Positions 1-10,001 are shown, counted from the stretch's first letter. The stretch is 64,000 nucleotides of DNA from Chloroflexota bacterium (GCA_018648225.1 JABGRQ010000073.1:26064-90063); one strand, 5' to 3'. Numbers and translations are program-made. Notes: generated by a model from the letters alone, not told the origin.

Positions 1-4
1 GAAA

Positions 5-634
5 TTGACTGGCGATTTACAGGCCCGCGGCCGCTGGGAACTAGCCCAAGAAGATTTTCTACGCTACAGCAAAACAGACTCGCTCAATCATCGCAATGGT
101 AAACCCGATGTCTGGCGCATCCGCGGCGCGCATGATCTTGATTCCAAGAAAGCCGCTGTATTGAATGAATTGTGCCGCTATCGCGACAAAAAAGCCCGCG
201 CTCTCAATCGCCCATTATTTAAGGTGATTAGTGATAAAGCGCTCTTGTCTATTGCCGAGGCAGCCCCCAGATCACGAGGTCAGTTAACACATATCAACAA
301 TATTTCAGACCGGCAAATAAGCTGGCTGGGAGAAGGGATCATTGCCTCGGTGCTGCGAGGTTTGAAAGCTGATCCGATTACCCCTCCCCATAAACCACGC
401 CCCAGCAATGACTATCTCGAACGCGTGGACCGCTTGCGCCGCTGGCGCATCCGCAAAGCAAAACAGTGGGGGGTAAATTCCGATGTAATTTTGCCAAAAG
501 ATATTCTTTATGATCTGGCAGAGAAGAACCCCACATCGAAAGCAGCGTTTGATATGATTTTGAATTCAATTCCCTGGCGGCGGCAGGAATTTGGTGAAGA
601 AATTTTCAATCTTCTGGCCGCGATACAACTCTAG
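5..634 (+). CDS. Ribonuclease D-like protein, C-terminal part with two HRDC-type domains (5' end lies outside the window)
   Basis: ORF open to the left edge. HRDC-like helical segments LCRYRDKKARALNRPLFKVISDKAL and RLRRWRIRKAKQWGVNSDVILPKDIL. Confidence 0.6.
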   Translation: MTGDLQARGRWELAQEDFLRYSKTDSLNHRNGKPDVWRIRGAHDLDSKKAAVLNELCRYRDKKARALNRPLFKVISDKALLSIAEAAPRSRGQLTHINNISDRQISWLGEGIIASVLRGLKADPITPPHKPRPSNDYLERVDRLRRWRIRKAKQWGVNSDVILPKDILYDLAEKNPTSKAAFDMILNSIPWRRQEFGEEIFNLLAAIQL

Positions 635-704
635 AAGAGTTTTTTTATATTTCCTGCATGTAGAAAATCCTGGTCATTTGACGTTGTCAAAACGGAGGTG
701 TGCA

Positions 705-2102
705 ATGAATATTCATTTCCACGGGGCAGCCCAAACCGTAACCGGATCGCAACATTTACTTGAAATCAATGGTCGTAAATTACTGCTGGAATGTGGTCTG
801 TTCCAGGGGCGCCGCAGTGAAACCTACGAACGCAACCGGCATTTCCATTTTGATCCCAAAGATTTAGATGCCGTCATTCTTTCACACGCCCATATCGATC
901 ACAGCGGTAACCTGCCACATATCGTCAAAGATGGCTACGAAGGCCCCATTTACGCCACCAAAGCCACCGCGCATCTGGTCAACTTGATGCTGATGGATTC
1001 AGGCCACATTCACGAATCGGATGCAGCCTATCTAAATAAAAAACGCGCCCGGCGCGGACAGCCCCCCATTGAGCCGTTGTACACTCAGGTAGACGCCGCG
1101 CATGTTGCCCAATATACTGTTGGGGTTCCTTATGACGAGCAATTTGAAGTCATCCCTGGCGTGACGGCGCATTTTGTCGACGCCGGGCATATTCTAGGCT
1201 CGGCTGCGGTGGCGCTCGACATCCAGGAAGGCAGTCGTTCATATCGTTTATGGTTCTCAGGGGATATTGGACGCCGGGATATGCCGCTACTGCGCGACCC
1301 TGTGCTACCCAGCAATGCCGACTACTTGCTGATGGAATGCACCTACGGCGACAAAGCCCACCGCGACCCCCAACTGGCATTTGATGAATTTCGAAAAGTG
1401 GTTACTGAAACTACAGCCCGCGGGGGCAAAGTCATCATCCCTGCCTTTGCTGTCGGACGCACACAAGAACTGGTGTATTATCTCCACCAAATGGTAGATA
1501 GCGGCGACACGCCGCGCGTGCCAGTATTTGTGGATAGCCCCCTGGCAGTCAATGCTTCGGATATATTCCGCGCTCACCCCGAAGTTTTTGATGAAGAAAC
1601 CCGCGAATTTATGCGCAATGACAAGCACAATGCCGCGCTTGGCTTTGAAATGCTCACGTATACGCGCTCTGTCGAAGAATCGAAAGCCATCAACTTGATC
1701 GAAGGCCCGGCAATCATCATCTCGGCCTCGGGCATGGCCGAAACTGGCCGCATCTTGCACCACCTGCGCAATAACATCGAAAACCCGCTCAACACTATTC
1801 TGATTGTTTCCTGGCAAGCACCGCACACCCTCGGGCGGCGACTGGCTGAACGCCAGGAGCAAGTGAAAATCTTCGGGGAGGTATACCACCGCCGAGCCAG
1901 GATCGAAACCATCGGCGGTCTCTCGGCGCACGCCGGACAATCCATGCTGATTGAGTACGCCACAGCGGTGAAAGATCAGGTGAAAAAAGTTTTCCTTGTA
2001 CATGGGGAGGCGCGCGGCGCGCAACCCCTGATGGAAAAGCTCAAAGAAAGCGGGCTTTCCGAAGTTTATTTCCCGGAGCCGCATACATTTTTCGAAGTGT
2101 AA
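705..2102 (+). CDS. MBL-fold beta-CASP RNA-metabolising hydrolase (RNase J/CPSF-like family)
   Basis: HAHIDHSG metallo-beta-lactamase motif and beta-CASP-like C-terminal half. Start chosen at ATG 705, preceded by GGAGG; the track ORF starts at 591. Confidence 0.85.
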   Translation: MNIHFHGAAQTVTGSQHLLEINGRKLLLECGLFQGRRSETYERNRHFHFDPKDLDAVILSHAHIDHSGNLPHIVKDGYEGPIYATKATAHLVNLMLMDSGHIHESDAAYLNKKRARRGQPPIEPLYTQVDAAHVAQYTVGVPYDEQFEVIPGVTAHFVDAGHILGSAAVALDIQEGSRSYRLWFSGDIGRRDMPLLRDPVLPSNADYLLMECTYGDKAHRDPQLAFDEFRKVVTETTARGGKVIIPAFAVGRTQELVYYLHQMVDSGDTPRVPVFVDSPLAVNASDIFRAHPEVFDEETREFMRNDKHNAALGFEMLTYTRSVEESKAINLIEGPAIIISASGMAETGRILHHLRNNIENPLNTILIVSWQAPHTLGRRLAERQEQVKIFGEVYHRRARIETIGGLSAHAGQSMLIEYATAVKDQVKKVFLVHGEARGAQPLMEKLKESGLSEVYFPEPHTFFEV

Positions 2103-2126
2103 TGGTATAATTTTGCCCGCTATGTT

Positions 2127-2213
2127 GGAGAGGTGCCAGAGTGGACGATTGGGGCGGTCTCGAAAACCGCTGTAGCCGCAAGGCTACCGAGGGTTCGAAT
2201 CCCTCCCTCTCCG
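2127..2213 (+). tRNA. tRNA-Ser (anticodon CGA)
   Basis: Hand-folded cloverleaf: acceptor GGAGAGG/CCTCTCC, anticodon stem GCGGT/ACCGC with loop CTCGAAA, long variable arm GTAGCC-GCAA-GGCTAC, T arm GAGGG-TTCGAAT-CCCTC. CCA is not encoded. Confidence 0.9.
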
Positions 2214-2230
2214 CAGAAAGAACTTAAAAA

Positions 2231-2265
2231 GGAGCGAGGTGGCTATGCTACCCTCGCTCCTTTTT
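2231..2265 (+). terminator. Rho-independent terminator after tRNA-Ser
   Basis: GGAGCGAGG / CCTCGCTCC 9-bp stem followed by TTTTT. Confidence 0.6.
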
Positions 2266-2291
2266 CAATAAACCATCAGAAAGGGCTTTGC

Positions 2292-2774
2292 ATGAAACTC
2301 GCCACACTGTGTTATGTGCGCCAAGATGGGCAGACCCTCATGCTCCATCGCACAAAAAAAGAAAACGATATTCATGAAGGCAAGTGGAACGGTCTGGGGG
2401 GAAAATTTGAACCGGGTGAAACCCCCGAAGAGTGCGCCCGCCGCGAGATATTTGAAGAATCGGGGCTGATCGCGAAGAAGTTGGAATTAAAAGGCTTGCT
2501 GACGTTTCCGCTGTTTGCCCACGATGAAGATTGGTATGCCTTTGTGTTTATGGCGACGGAACTGGAAGGGGAGTTGATCGATTCCCCCGAGGGGAATCTC
2601 GCCTGGGTGCCGGATCAGCAACTCACAGAACTTAACCTATGGGATGGGGATTATATCTTTCTGCCCTGGCTCGACCAGGCGGAATTTTTCTCGGCTAAAT
2701 TCATTTATCGTGAGGGTAAATTTATGGAACATCAAGTGACCTTCTACCCGCCGGGGAGTATTCAATTTGTGTAG
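2292..2774 (+). CDS. NUDIX hydrolase (MutT-like)
   Basis: Nudix box GGKFEPGETPEECARREIFEESG. Start taken at ATG 2292 because the longer track ORF runs through the tRNA. Confidence 0.8.
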   Translation: MKLATLCYVRQDGQTLMLHRTKKENDIHEGKWNGLGGKFEPGETPEECARREIFEESGLIAKKLELKGLLTFPLFAHDEDWYAFVFMATELEGELIDSPEGNLAWVPDQQLTELNLWDGDYIFLPWLDQAEFFSAKFIYREGKFMEHQVTFYPPGSIQFV

Positions 2775-2971
2775 TTGTCTTACAATTGGGAGTTTTATCA
2801 CATATCCGCCGTGATCTTTGACCATCGGAAATCGATCTTTTTTTTGATACGATTCACATAGAATGAGGGATACTTCTTTCATTCATCGCTGTTTCCTCCT
2901 TTGGCGAAGTCTCCATTGGGTCCCTCACCATCCAATGGAGACTTACTCTTTAAGCGGCTACCCACCCCAGG

Positions 2972-4885
2972 CTAGTTTGTTCCTTTCTCGATCGGCAGCA
3001 CCACCGTAAAGGCAGAACCTTCCCCTTCAACTGAATCCACCCAAACGCGGCCCTGATGATTCTCAACGATGGATTTCACGATTGCTAATCCCAGGCCGCT
3101 GCCAGATACATTTTCTACAACATTGCTGGCGCGATAGAATTTCTCAAAAATATGCGGACGGTCTGCCGCTGGAATGCCGCAACCGCTATCTTCTACACGG
3201 AAAATGATTTGGTCATTTTCTTCTTTGGCTACCACAATAATCTCACCATCTTCGGACGAGTAGCGGATTGCATTTCCCAACAGATTATCAATGACCTGGC
3301 GCAAGCGCACAGAATCGCCAAAAATATTGGGTAAATGTGAGGCAACTTCCTGGCGCAAGGTCAGGTTTTTCTCCTCGAGCGGGCTGCGCAGGTTCTCAAC
3401 CGAATACTGTAGGAGATTCTTGATCGAAAGCGAAACTTTACGCTCATTGAAACCTGCTTCAATACGACCCAAATCGAGCAAATCGTTGATGAGTTCTGTA
3501 ATATTGCGCACACTGGTTTGCACGCGCTGAATGAAGTTGCGCTGCCGTTCATTGATCGGGCCAACGCGTTCTAACAACTCAACATAGCCCAGAATGGCTG
3601 TGAGCGGCGAGCGCAAGTCGTGCGAAACTGTGCTGACAAAATCGCTCTTGATACGATCCAGTTCTTTGAAGTAGGTTATATCGTGTAGCGTAATGGTCAT
3701 GCCAATCTCAGGGATAAGATTCAATTGTGCATTGACCACGCGCTCATCATCGAGTTCCAATTCAACCCGGTACGGAAAGGTATCATGACCATCTCGAATG
3801 AGGGCCAGGAGTTGGTCGTGAGTGAAGCACTCTTCCAACGCGCAGGGCAAGGCTGCCGGTTTCGAGTGTTTGAACATGGCGCGTGCCATTGGGTTTGCCA
3901 AAATGACTTGCTCATTGGCATCGATAACAATCACACCATCTTCAATGCGCGTTAATATCGATTCAAGTTTTTTACGCTCAATTTCGGTATTCTCAAAAAG
4001 GCGCGCATTCTCAATTGCGATGGAAGCATAGTCAGCCAGGGCTGAAACCAGTGCAACGTGCCGTTGATGGAACGATTTTTGCTGCTCACGATTTGCTACC
4101 CCCAAAACGCCAATTATGCGTTCTTGTACTTCTAAAGGTGCGTAGATCAGCGTTTTTACAAGATAGGATGTTTTTATTTTTTGGGGCGATTCTTGATCCA
4201 GCAAGATCGGTTTCCCCGTACGCATGACTTCTCCGGCCAACGTATCGCTAACCGGTACGCGAAAAGTGTTTACCAAATCATCATGCACATTGCGTGCCGC
4301 ACGCATATAGAGTTCGCCCGTGGTTTCATCCAGCATAAGCAAACTGCTTTCTTCCGCGCCAGTAAGCTCAACAGCAGCATCCACAACCACCTTTAGAACT
4401 TCGTCGAGGTCTAATAGCGCGGTTACCGAACGTCCAACCTTGCCCAGTGTTTCCAGCAAACTAACTCGTTGGCGCAAAATATCGGTATTACGCCGGTTGC
4501 TTTCTTTTGCCCAGGTGATGATGCGCTGGCGCTTTTTCAGGGCACGCTGCACAGCAGCCAGAATGGCATCGGGTTTCAGCGGCGGCGTGAGAAAATCGAA
4601 TACTCCGGCACGCAACGCATCCAGCATGTGGGCCTGTTCTTCGGTTGAGGCAATTAATATGAGGGGCAACGCAGGGTATGTTTCAGCCAGATCGATAGCG
4701 AGTTGAACGCCCCCAACCGCGCTTTCCAAAATGGCAACATCTATGGATGATGAACGCATCATCACCGCGGCTGCCGCGGCATCGCCAACCTGAGTTACCC
4801 GAAAACCTGCCGGAGCTAATACCCCTCGATCCAGCAATTCTCCTGTTTGACTATTCGCGACAATGAGAAGAATTGTAGTATCCAT
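2972..4885 (-). CDS. Sensor histidine kinase: degenerate receiver-like domain, GAF, PAS, HisKA, HATPase_c
   Basis: H-box FVSTVSHDLRSPL and the N/G boxes (NLLGNAIRYS, DSGCGI, GSGLGLAI). GAF-like middle region. The N-terminal CheY-like fold lacks the acceptor Asp. Confidence 0.9.
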   Translation of the reverse strand: MDTTILLIVANSQTGELLDRGVLAPAGFRVTQVGDAAAAAVMMRSSSIDVAILESAVGGVQLAIDLAETYPALPLILIASTEEQAHMLDALRAGVFDFLTPPLKPDAILAAVQRALKKRQRIITWAKESNRRNTDILRQRVSLLETLGKVGRSVTALLDLDEVLKVVVDAAVELTGAEESSLLMLDETTGELYMRAARNVHDDLVNTFRVPVSDTLAGEVMRTGKPILLDQESPQKIKTSYLVKTLIYAPLEVQERIIGVLGVANREQQKSFHQRHVALVSALADYASIAIENARLFENTEIERKKLESILTRIEDGVIVIDANEQVILANPMARAMFKHSKPAALPCALEECFTHDQLLALIRDGHDTFPYRVELELDDERVVNAQLNLIPEIGMTITLHDITYFKELDRIKSDFVSTVSHDLRSPLTAILGYVELLERVGPINERQRNFIQRVQTSVRNITELINDLLDLGRIEAGFNERKVSLSIKNLLQYSVENLRSPLEEKNLTLRQEVASHLPNIFGDSVRLRQVIDNLLGNAIRYSSEDGEIIVVAKEENDQIIFRVEDSGCGIPAADRPHIFEKFYRASNVVENVSGSGLGLAIVKSIVENHQGRVWVDSVEGEGSAFTVVLPIEKGTN

Positions 4886-4899
4886 ACAAGGTGCTTCTG

Positions 4900-6066
4900 T
4901 TATTCGTCATCCCGAGCTTGTGTGGAATGAATAAACGCGTTTTTAAGGCTTTCCAGATTCATGCGAATATTCTGAACAGCTTTTCGCTGTTGAGCAATCA
5001 GATTCGCATCCGTTGCCATAAGAATTGCCAAATTTGATTCGATTTCTTCAATGGATTGAAATAATGTCTTTCCATCACTGCTAAACGAATCTGCTCCCGA
5101 CTGTGAAGCCTCCAAGACAGCTTGCAAGGAACGGGCGCGCTGTTCTACGGCCTGGAATAATCGCGCGTTGACCAACGAAATTGATGCATAATCTGCCAGA
5201 GCTTCCAGCATGGCTTGATTACCCGCATCGAACGGCAATGCTTTTTGGCGTATCGCCACCAGCAATCCAACAACTTCTTCCTGTGCCTTAACCGGCACAA
5301 CCAGGGCTGATTTCCCTAAACGTGCGACCTTAAATTTCTCTAAAGCGGGGCCATGAATAGAAAGCGATTCCCCTGAAAGCGCCACTAATGAACTGATGCC
5401 GTCATCCCAGGGTTGGCCGATCTGAACCCCTTTGGATTCGGGCAAATTACGAAACGCTCGCAAGACAAATTTCTTGCTATTTCCCTTCCGTAAATGCAAC
5501 CAGCCGCGATCGGCTTCGGTAACAAAAATCGCTCCTTCGACAATACGCTCAAATAATGCTCGCTGGTCTGCAATTGAAGTCACCGATTTTCCGACGCTGA
5601 AAATCGTAGTGAGATCGCGCACCCGGCGCTGGAGTTCACGATTTGTGCGTTCCAGCTTCTCGGCCAGGCGCTCGCGCTCGCGCCGCGCCCTCACTTGTTG
5701 CAACGCACGCTCCACGGCTGAAACCACTTCGGCTTCACGCAACGGCCACTGCAAATAATCTGTAGCGCCCAGCCGGAATGCCTGGATAACATCTGCTTCC
5801 TGCCCATCTTCGGCCAACACAATCACCGGCACAGAAACCCCCTGGGAGGATAGGGCCACCAATAAATCTTTACCGCTCAACCCTGGCAAACTGATGTTGA
5901 CAAGAATAACATCTGGCGAAAAACGGGCGGCTTCCTGAATGGCCTGTGGTGCCCCAACAACTACTTTAACGCGGAAACCCAATGGCCCCAGCGCCTGCCG
6001 GGCAATTAAATCGCTAACTTCAGGATCACTCTCAACAATCAGAATACGTTCAGCCACAGTAGTCAT
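4900..6066 (-). CDS. Receiver-like (degenerate) plus GAF domain protein
   Basis: CheY-like N-terminus (ILIVESDPE, PDVILVNISLPG, DYLQWPL), a coiled-coil linker, then a GAF-like domain. It lies 14 nt upstream of the kinase gene on the same strand. Confidence 0.85.
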   Translation of the reverse strand: MTTVAERILIVESDPEVSDLIARQALGPLGFRVKVVVGAPQAIQEAARFSPDVILVNISLPGLSGKDLLVALSSQGVSVPVIVLAEDGQEADVIQAFRLGATDYLQWPLREAEVVSAVERALQQVRARRERERLAEKLERTNRELQRRVRDLTTIFSVGKSVTSIADQRALFERIVEGAIFVTEADRGWLHLRKGNSKKFVLRAFRNLPESKGVQIGQPWDDGISSLVALSGESLSIHGPALEKFKVARLGKSALVVPVKAQEEVVGLLVAIRQKALPFDAGNQAMLEALADYASISLVNARLFQAVEQRARSLQAVLEASQSGADSFSSDGKTLFQSIEEIESNLAILMATDANLIAQQRKAVQNIRMNLESLKNAFIHSTQARDDE

Positions 6067-6353
6067 ACGCCACTATAATAGCATGGTTCATAAAGAATCG
6101 GGGAGTCTTGTTTTAGCACTTTAGCACTACATATTCAGACACCCAAATTTTTAATAATCAGGCTTCCGCTACTGCACGCGAGAAACCCAAAACCGGCATA
6201 TTTTTCAACGATTAGAGTTTACTAAGTGCTGCCTGTCTGAGCTTGACGTAAGCGGCATGCAGCACATAGAATCAATGATATGGATCTACGCAGTGCGAGG
6301 AAATGCCGTGAGGTTCCCACAGCATTTTCAGAAACCCAACAGGAAGTGCAGCT

Positions 6354-7529
6354 ATGAAAAAAACAACCCACATATTGATCGCCATTGCCGCCATGCTTTT
6401 GATCGTCTCGGCAGCCTGTGCGGTATCCGGTCAGGTAACAACTGAAACAACCCCGGTGAGTACAGATGAAATGCCTGCGCCAACAATCGAAGCAACGTCA
6501 CCACCCCCTACGCTGGATTTGCGCACACAAGAAGAACTGCTGACTTCACTCTATCAGCAAGTCAATCCTGGTGTTGTGGCAATTCACGTATTGAGTTCTG
6601 ACAGCATGGGCAGTTCATCGCTGGGTTCTGGCTTCATTATCGATGAAGAAGGCCATATCGTCACCAATTATCATGTCGTCCACGGGGCCTCAGAGCTAGA
6701 AGTGGATTTCCCATCCGGATATAAAACCCGCGCAGAAATCTTGGGAACGGACCCGGATTCGGATATTGCTGTACTCAAAGTGGATGTTCCCGCCGAAGAA
6801 CTGGCCCCGATCTCCCTGGGCGATTCAGACCAGCTCAGGGTGGGTCAAACGGTTGTGGCAATTGGCAACCCCCATGGGTTGTATGGCACCATGACGGTCG
6901 GCATCATCTCGTCGCTGGGGCGCACCATGCAATCCCTGCATGAAGCCCCAGGGGGAGCCTACTTCACCGCGGGCGGCATCATCCAAACCGACGCCGCCAT
7001 CAACCCTGGCAACTCTGGCGGCCCGTTGCTCAACCTGGATGGGGAGATTATTGGCGTCAATGTGGCGATCCAAAGCTCAACATTTGACAGCAGCGGCCAG
7101 CCCGTAAACTCCGGAATTGGCTTTACAATTCCGATCAATATTGTCAAGCGCGTGGTGCCTCATCTCATCGCGGATGGCTATTATAATTATCCGTATATCG
7201 GTATCGGCAGCCTGCCCGGCGGCGAACTGACGCTCATCCAGCAAGAAGAATTAGGGCTGCCACAATCTACCGGCGTGTATATTCTCGATGTATCCAGCGA
7301 TAGCCCCGCGGAAGCTGCCGGGCTGCGCGGCGCTGCCAGAGCCGATAATAATGGTCTCCCGCTGGGTGGCGATCTCATCATTGCCATTGATGACACCGAA
7401 GTGCGCAATTTCAATGATCTAATCACTTATCTCTCGATGCACAAAAGCCCCGGAGATGCTATTATTTTGACGGTTTTGCGCGATGGGGAGGAAGCACAAA
7501 TCGAACTGACGCTGGGTGAACGCCCATAG
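6354..7529 (+). CDS. HtrA/DegP-family trypsin-like serine protease with PDZ domain, exported
   Basis: Signal/anchor LIAIAAMLLIVSAACA, TNYHVV (His), DIAVLKV (Asp), GNSGGPLLN (Ser), and a C-terminal PDZ-like segment. Confidence 0.9.
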   Translation: MKKTTHILIAIAAMLLIVSAACAVSGQVTTETTPVSTDEMPAPTIEATSPPPTLDLRTQEELLTSLYQQVNPGVVAIHVLSSDSMGSSSLGSGFIIDEEGHIVTNYHVVHGASELEVDFPSGYKTRAEILGTDPDSDIAVLKVDVPAEELAPISLGDSDQLRVGQTVVAIGNPHGLYGTMTVGIISSLGRTMQSLHEAPGGAYFTAGGIIQTDAAINPGNSGGPLLNLDGEIIGVNVAIQSSTFDSSGQPVNSGIGFTIPINIVKRVVPHLIADGYYNYPYIGIGSLPGGELTLIQQEELGLPQSTGVYILDVSSDSPAEAAGLRGAARADNNGLPLGGDLIIAIDDTEVRNFNDLITYLSMHKSPGDAIILTVLRDGEEAQIELTLGERP

Positions 7530-7576
7530 CGTAAAAAACAGAACGGGAGCCTACAGCTCCCGTTCTGTTTTTTACG
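7530..7576. terminator. Bidirectional terminator hairpin between convergent genes
   Basis: 21-bp perfect stem CGTAAAAAACAGAACGGGAGC / GCTCCCGTTCTGTTTTTTACG with loop CTACA and A/T tracts on both sides. It covers the stop codon of the minus-strand gene (7572-7574). Confidence 0.6.
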
Positions 7577-10001
7577 GGGTACGATCATAAAGACGACGAT
7601 AAATCGAGAAGATTTCGTAAACCCCTTTAATATAACGCCGCGTTTCTTCAAAACGTATCACTTCCACAAATAAATCCGGATCATCCCCAGCCAGCGATTG
7701 CCAGATTGCCGCATTGCCCGGCCCCCCATTATAAGCCGCCAAAGCAACGTATAGATCATCAAAATATTCATGCTGGGTATTAAGGTAATCGGCCCCAAAG
7801 GTAATACTCACCAGCGGGCGGTAGAGGTCTTCATCAGTATAATCGGGGGGCCAGCCCATTTGTGCGGCAATCGAAGCTCCGGTGCTGGAGATTATTTGCA
7901 TCAGACCGCGCGCGCCAGCAGAAGATTGTACCCAACCCGCAAATAGGCTTTCTTGTCGTACTACGCTAAATAAAAACAGGGGGTGCAAATTATTCTGTTG
8001 TGCCGCAGGAATAAGCAATTCGCGGTAATAACTGCCAAAACGCACATGATTAAAAAAGATCGGGGCATTCATTGTGGCCGCATCATTCATTTGGTTGAGG
8101 TCAAGAATATCACGAGCCGCGAATATGGCCGTGCGATAGAATCCCAAATCCAATAGATAGTTGACCAAGCGGTAATTATCCATCGGGTTAGAGCGCACAC
8201 CCTGCCATAAGGACTCAAATTCCAGGCGGGCGGTATCATAAAGTCCCAAATACCATAGCTCGGTACCGCGGATCATGCGGACATCGGCCATCAAGGGCGA
8301 GGGGTCAGAAATATCCAACTCGGCGGGGATGGCAAAAATTTCACGCATCCAGGCTTCGGCCTCGGTGCGCTCGCCAGCCAGATCGTAGCCAATATCATAA
8401 ACCAAGGGGGGGGCGAAAGGCGCGCGCCCAATCAGAAAATCACGGGCGCGCTCACTATAATAGCCGGTGGGGTCGGTATTGGCTGCCCGTGTGAATGCGG
8501 CCTCGGCAACGCCCGCATTTCCGGCAGCCTGGTAGGCTTTCCCCATCCAGAAATGAGCCGCAGAGCGATCGCCCAAATCGGCAGAGGTGCCCAGGAATTG
8601 CTCAAAACTTGTCAGCGCCGAGGCATAATCTTCCATACGGTAATAGGTAATCCCGGTGATGAAAACTGCCCGAGGCACGTATTCGCTGGAGGGATATTCG
8701 GGGGGAATCCGCTGCCAGATGCGGGCAGCCAACCCCAGGTCGCGGCCCCGTTCAGCCACGCGCCCAGCATCAAATAAAAACTCAGCGGCGCGCGCGTGCC
8801 AGGGGGCTTCATCCACAAATCCCAATAATGTTTCCAGAGCCGCGTCAAAATCTTCGAGATACCCCCACTGGGTGTAGGCTTTCTCTTCCCAGGCATCATC
8901 CCAACGATCGGCTTCAGGATACTGTTGAATGATTTCATCCCAAATGGCAATCGCAGTTTGCGAATCGCCCAACGCGCGGTAAGCCATGCCGCGGTAATAA
9001 TGCGCCGTGGCGGCATTTTCGGCGGTGCTTTGAAGATAACGATCAAAAGCCGCGATAGAAAGAGTGTATTGCCCGGCGAAATAATCCACCAGGCCGCGGT
9101 CAAACTCGCTAACCGGGTAGCCCGCATCCACCAATAAGATCAGCGCCTGATACGTATCGTATGAGAGTGGGTAGTTTTCAACCGCATCGAGATACGCTGC
9201 ATTCGCCTGATCCGTTTGACCCAACGCAGTATGTGCCTGCCCCATCAGAAAATCGAGCGTGGCTTTTGTGAAATCGTTATTGGTGCGATTGTAAATATCC
9301 TGATAAGCGACAACGGCCGTATTATAATCACCCTGGAAGTAGTAAACATTTGCAATTTTCTGCTCAATAGGCAGGGTATCACCAAGACGCGGCGCAGACA
9401 ACGCAGCCTGATAGGCGCTAATTGCCCCAACCAAATCGCCCGCGGCAACCAATGCATCGCCGCGCCAATCGTTGATATAAGAATCAATCAATCCCGGACG
9501 AATATCCAGATAGGCGCGATAGGCTTCTGCCGCCAGAAAATACTCTTCGATGGCTTCATAGACTAACGCGCTGGTAATGCGCCCGGCGGGGATTTCGGCG
9601 GCATTGGGATAGTCATTGAACAAAAGCTGAAGTGTATCTAACGCGGCCTGATATTCTGCCTGATGATAGTAGGTTCTTGCCATCCCCAATAAGGCCGCTG
9701 AACGCAATTCGGCAGCAGCGTTGTTCTGATAGGCATTTGAATAAGCCAGTAAAGCACTTTCCCAATCCCCATAGAAGCGCGCCCGATCACCATCTTCAAT
9801 GCTGACTGCTGGCAAAGAAAGCGTCGCGGGTGTGGATGTGGGAGTTGGCGGCGGCTCGGGCTGAACAGGCGACTCTACGGCAACTGGCACCGCTGATTCA
9901 GGCAACGCATCCGTGGCCGATTCGCTCGCCGGGCGATTGCAACCTGCCAACCAGAATAACCCCAAAAGCAATATACTTCTGTATATATTTATTTTGTGCA
10001 A
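7572..10001 (-). CDS. TPR-repeat lytic transglycosylase (Slt-type), lipoprotein
   Basis: C-terminal SLT catalytic motif VVRQESLFAGW...GLMQI and a long TPR-like N-terminal region. Lipobox LFWLAGC. Start uncertain: TTG at 10001 gives a 21-aa signal peptide, and the track ORF extends to ATG 10076. Confidence 0.8.
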   Translation of the reverse strand: MHKINIYRSILLLGLFWLAGCNRPASESATDALPESAVPVAVESPVQPEPPPTPTSTPATLSLPAVSIEDGDRARFYGDWESALLAYSNAYQNNAAAELRSAALLGMARTYYHQAEYQAALDTLQLLFNDYPNAAEIPAGRITSALVYEAIEEYFLAAEAYRAYLDIRPGLIDSYINDWRGDALVAAGDLVGAISAYQAALSAPRLGDTLPIEQKIANVYYFQGDYNTAVVAYQDIYNRTNNDFTKATLDFLMGQAHTALGQTDQANAAYLDAVENYPLSYDTYQALILLVDAGYPVSEFDRGLVDYFAGQYTLSIAAFDRYLQSTAENAATAHYYRGMAYRALGDSQTAIAIWDEIIQQYPEADRWDDAWEEKAYTQWGYLEDFDAALETLLGFVDEAPWHARAAEFLFDAGRVAERGRDLGLAARIWQRIPPEYPSSEYVPRAVFITGITYYRMEDYASALTSFEQFLGTSADLGDRSAAHFWMGKAYQAAGNAGVAEAAFTRAANTDPTGYYSERARDFLIGRAPFAPPLVYDIGYDLAGERTEAEAWMREIFAIPAELDISDPSPLMADVRMIRGTELWYLGLYDTARLEFESLWQGVRSNPMDNYRLVNYLLDLGFYRTAIFAARDILDLNQMNDAATMNAPIFFNHVRFGSYYRELLIPAAQQNNLHPLFLFSVVRQESLFAGWVQSSAGARGLMQIISSTGASIAAQMGWPPDYTDEDLYRPLVSITFGADYLNTQHEYFDDLYVALAAYNGGPGNAAIWQSLAGDDPDLFVEVIRFEETRRYIKGVYEIFSIYRRLYDRTP

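Noticed and set aside
1305-2084. Long antisense ORFs in the track: 1305-2084 (-), 17073-17972 (-), 19228-20025 (-), 20248-21174 (-), 41405-42268 (-), 58393-59490 (+), 55151-55615 (+), and others.
   Set aside because: Each lies fully inside, and opposite to, a gene with clear family motifs. Their translations are low-complexity (Arg/Gly/Ala/His-rich), as expected for shadow frames in GC-rich coding DNA.
2637-2882. 81-aa minus-strand ORF preceded by a strong AAAGGAGG Shine-Dalgarno-like sequence, in the AT-rich gap after the kinase gene.
   Set aside because: More than half of it runs antisense through the 3' end of the NUDIX gene. The in-frame ATG nearest the SD gives only a 10-codon peptide (MNERSIPHSM), and I recognise no family. 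It remains possible as a tiny ORF but is not supportable as a gene.
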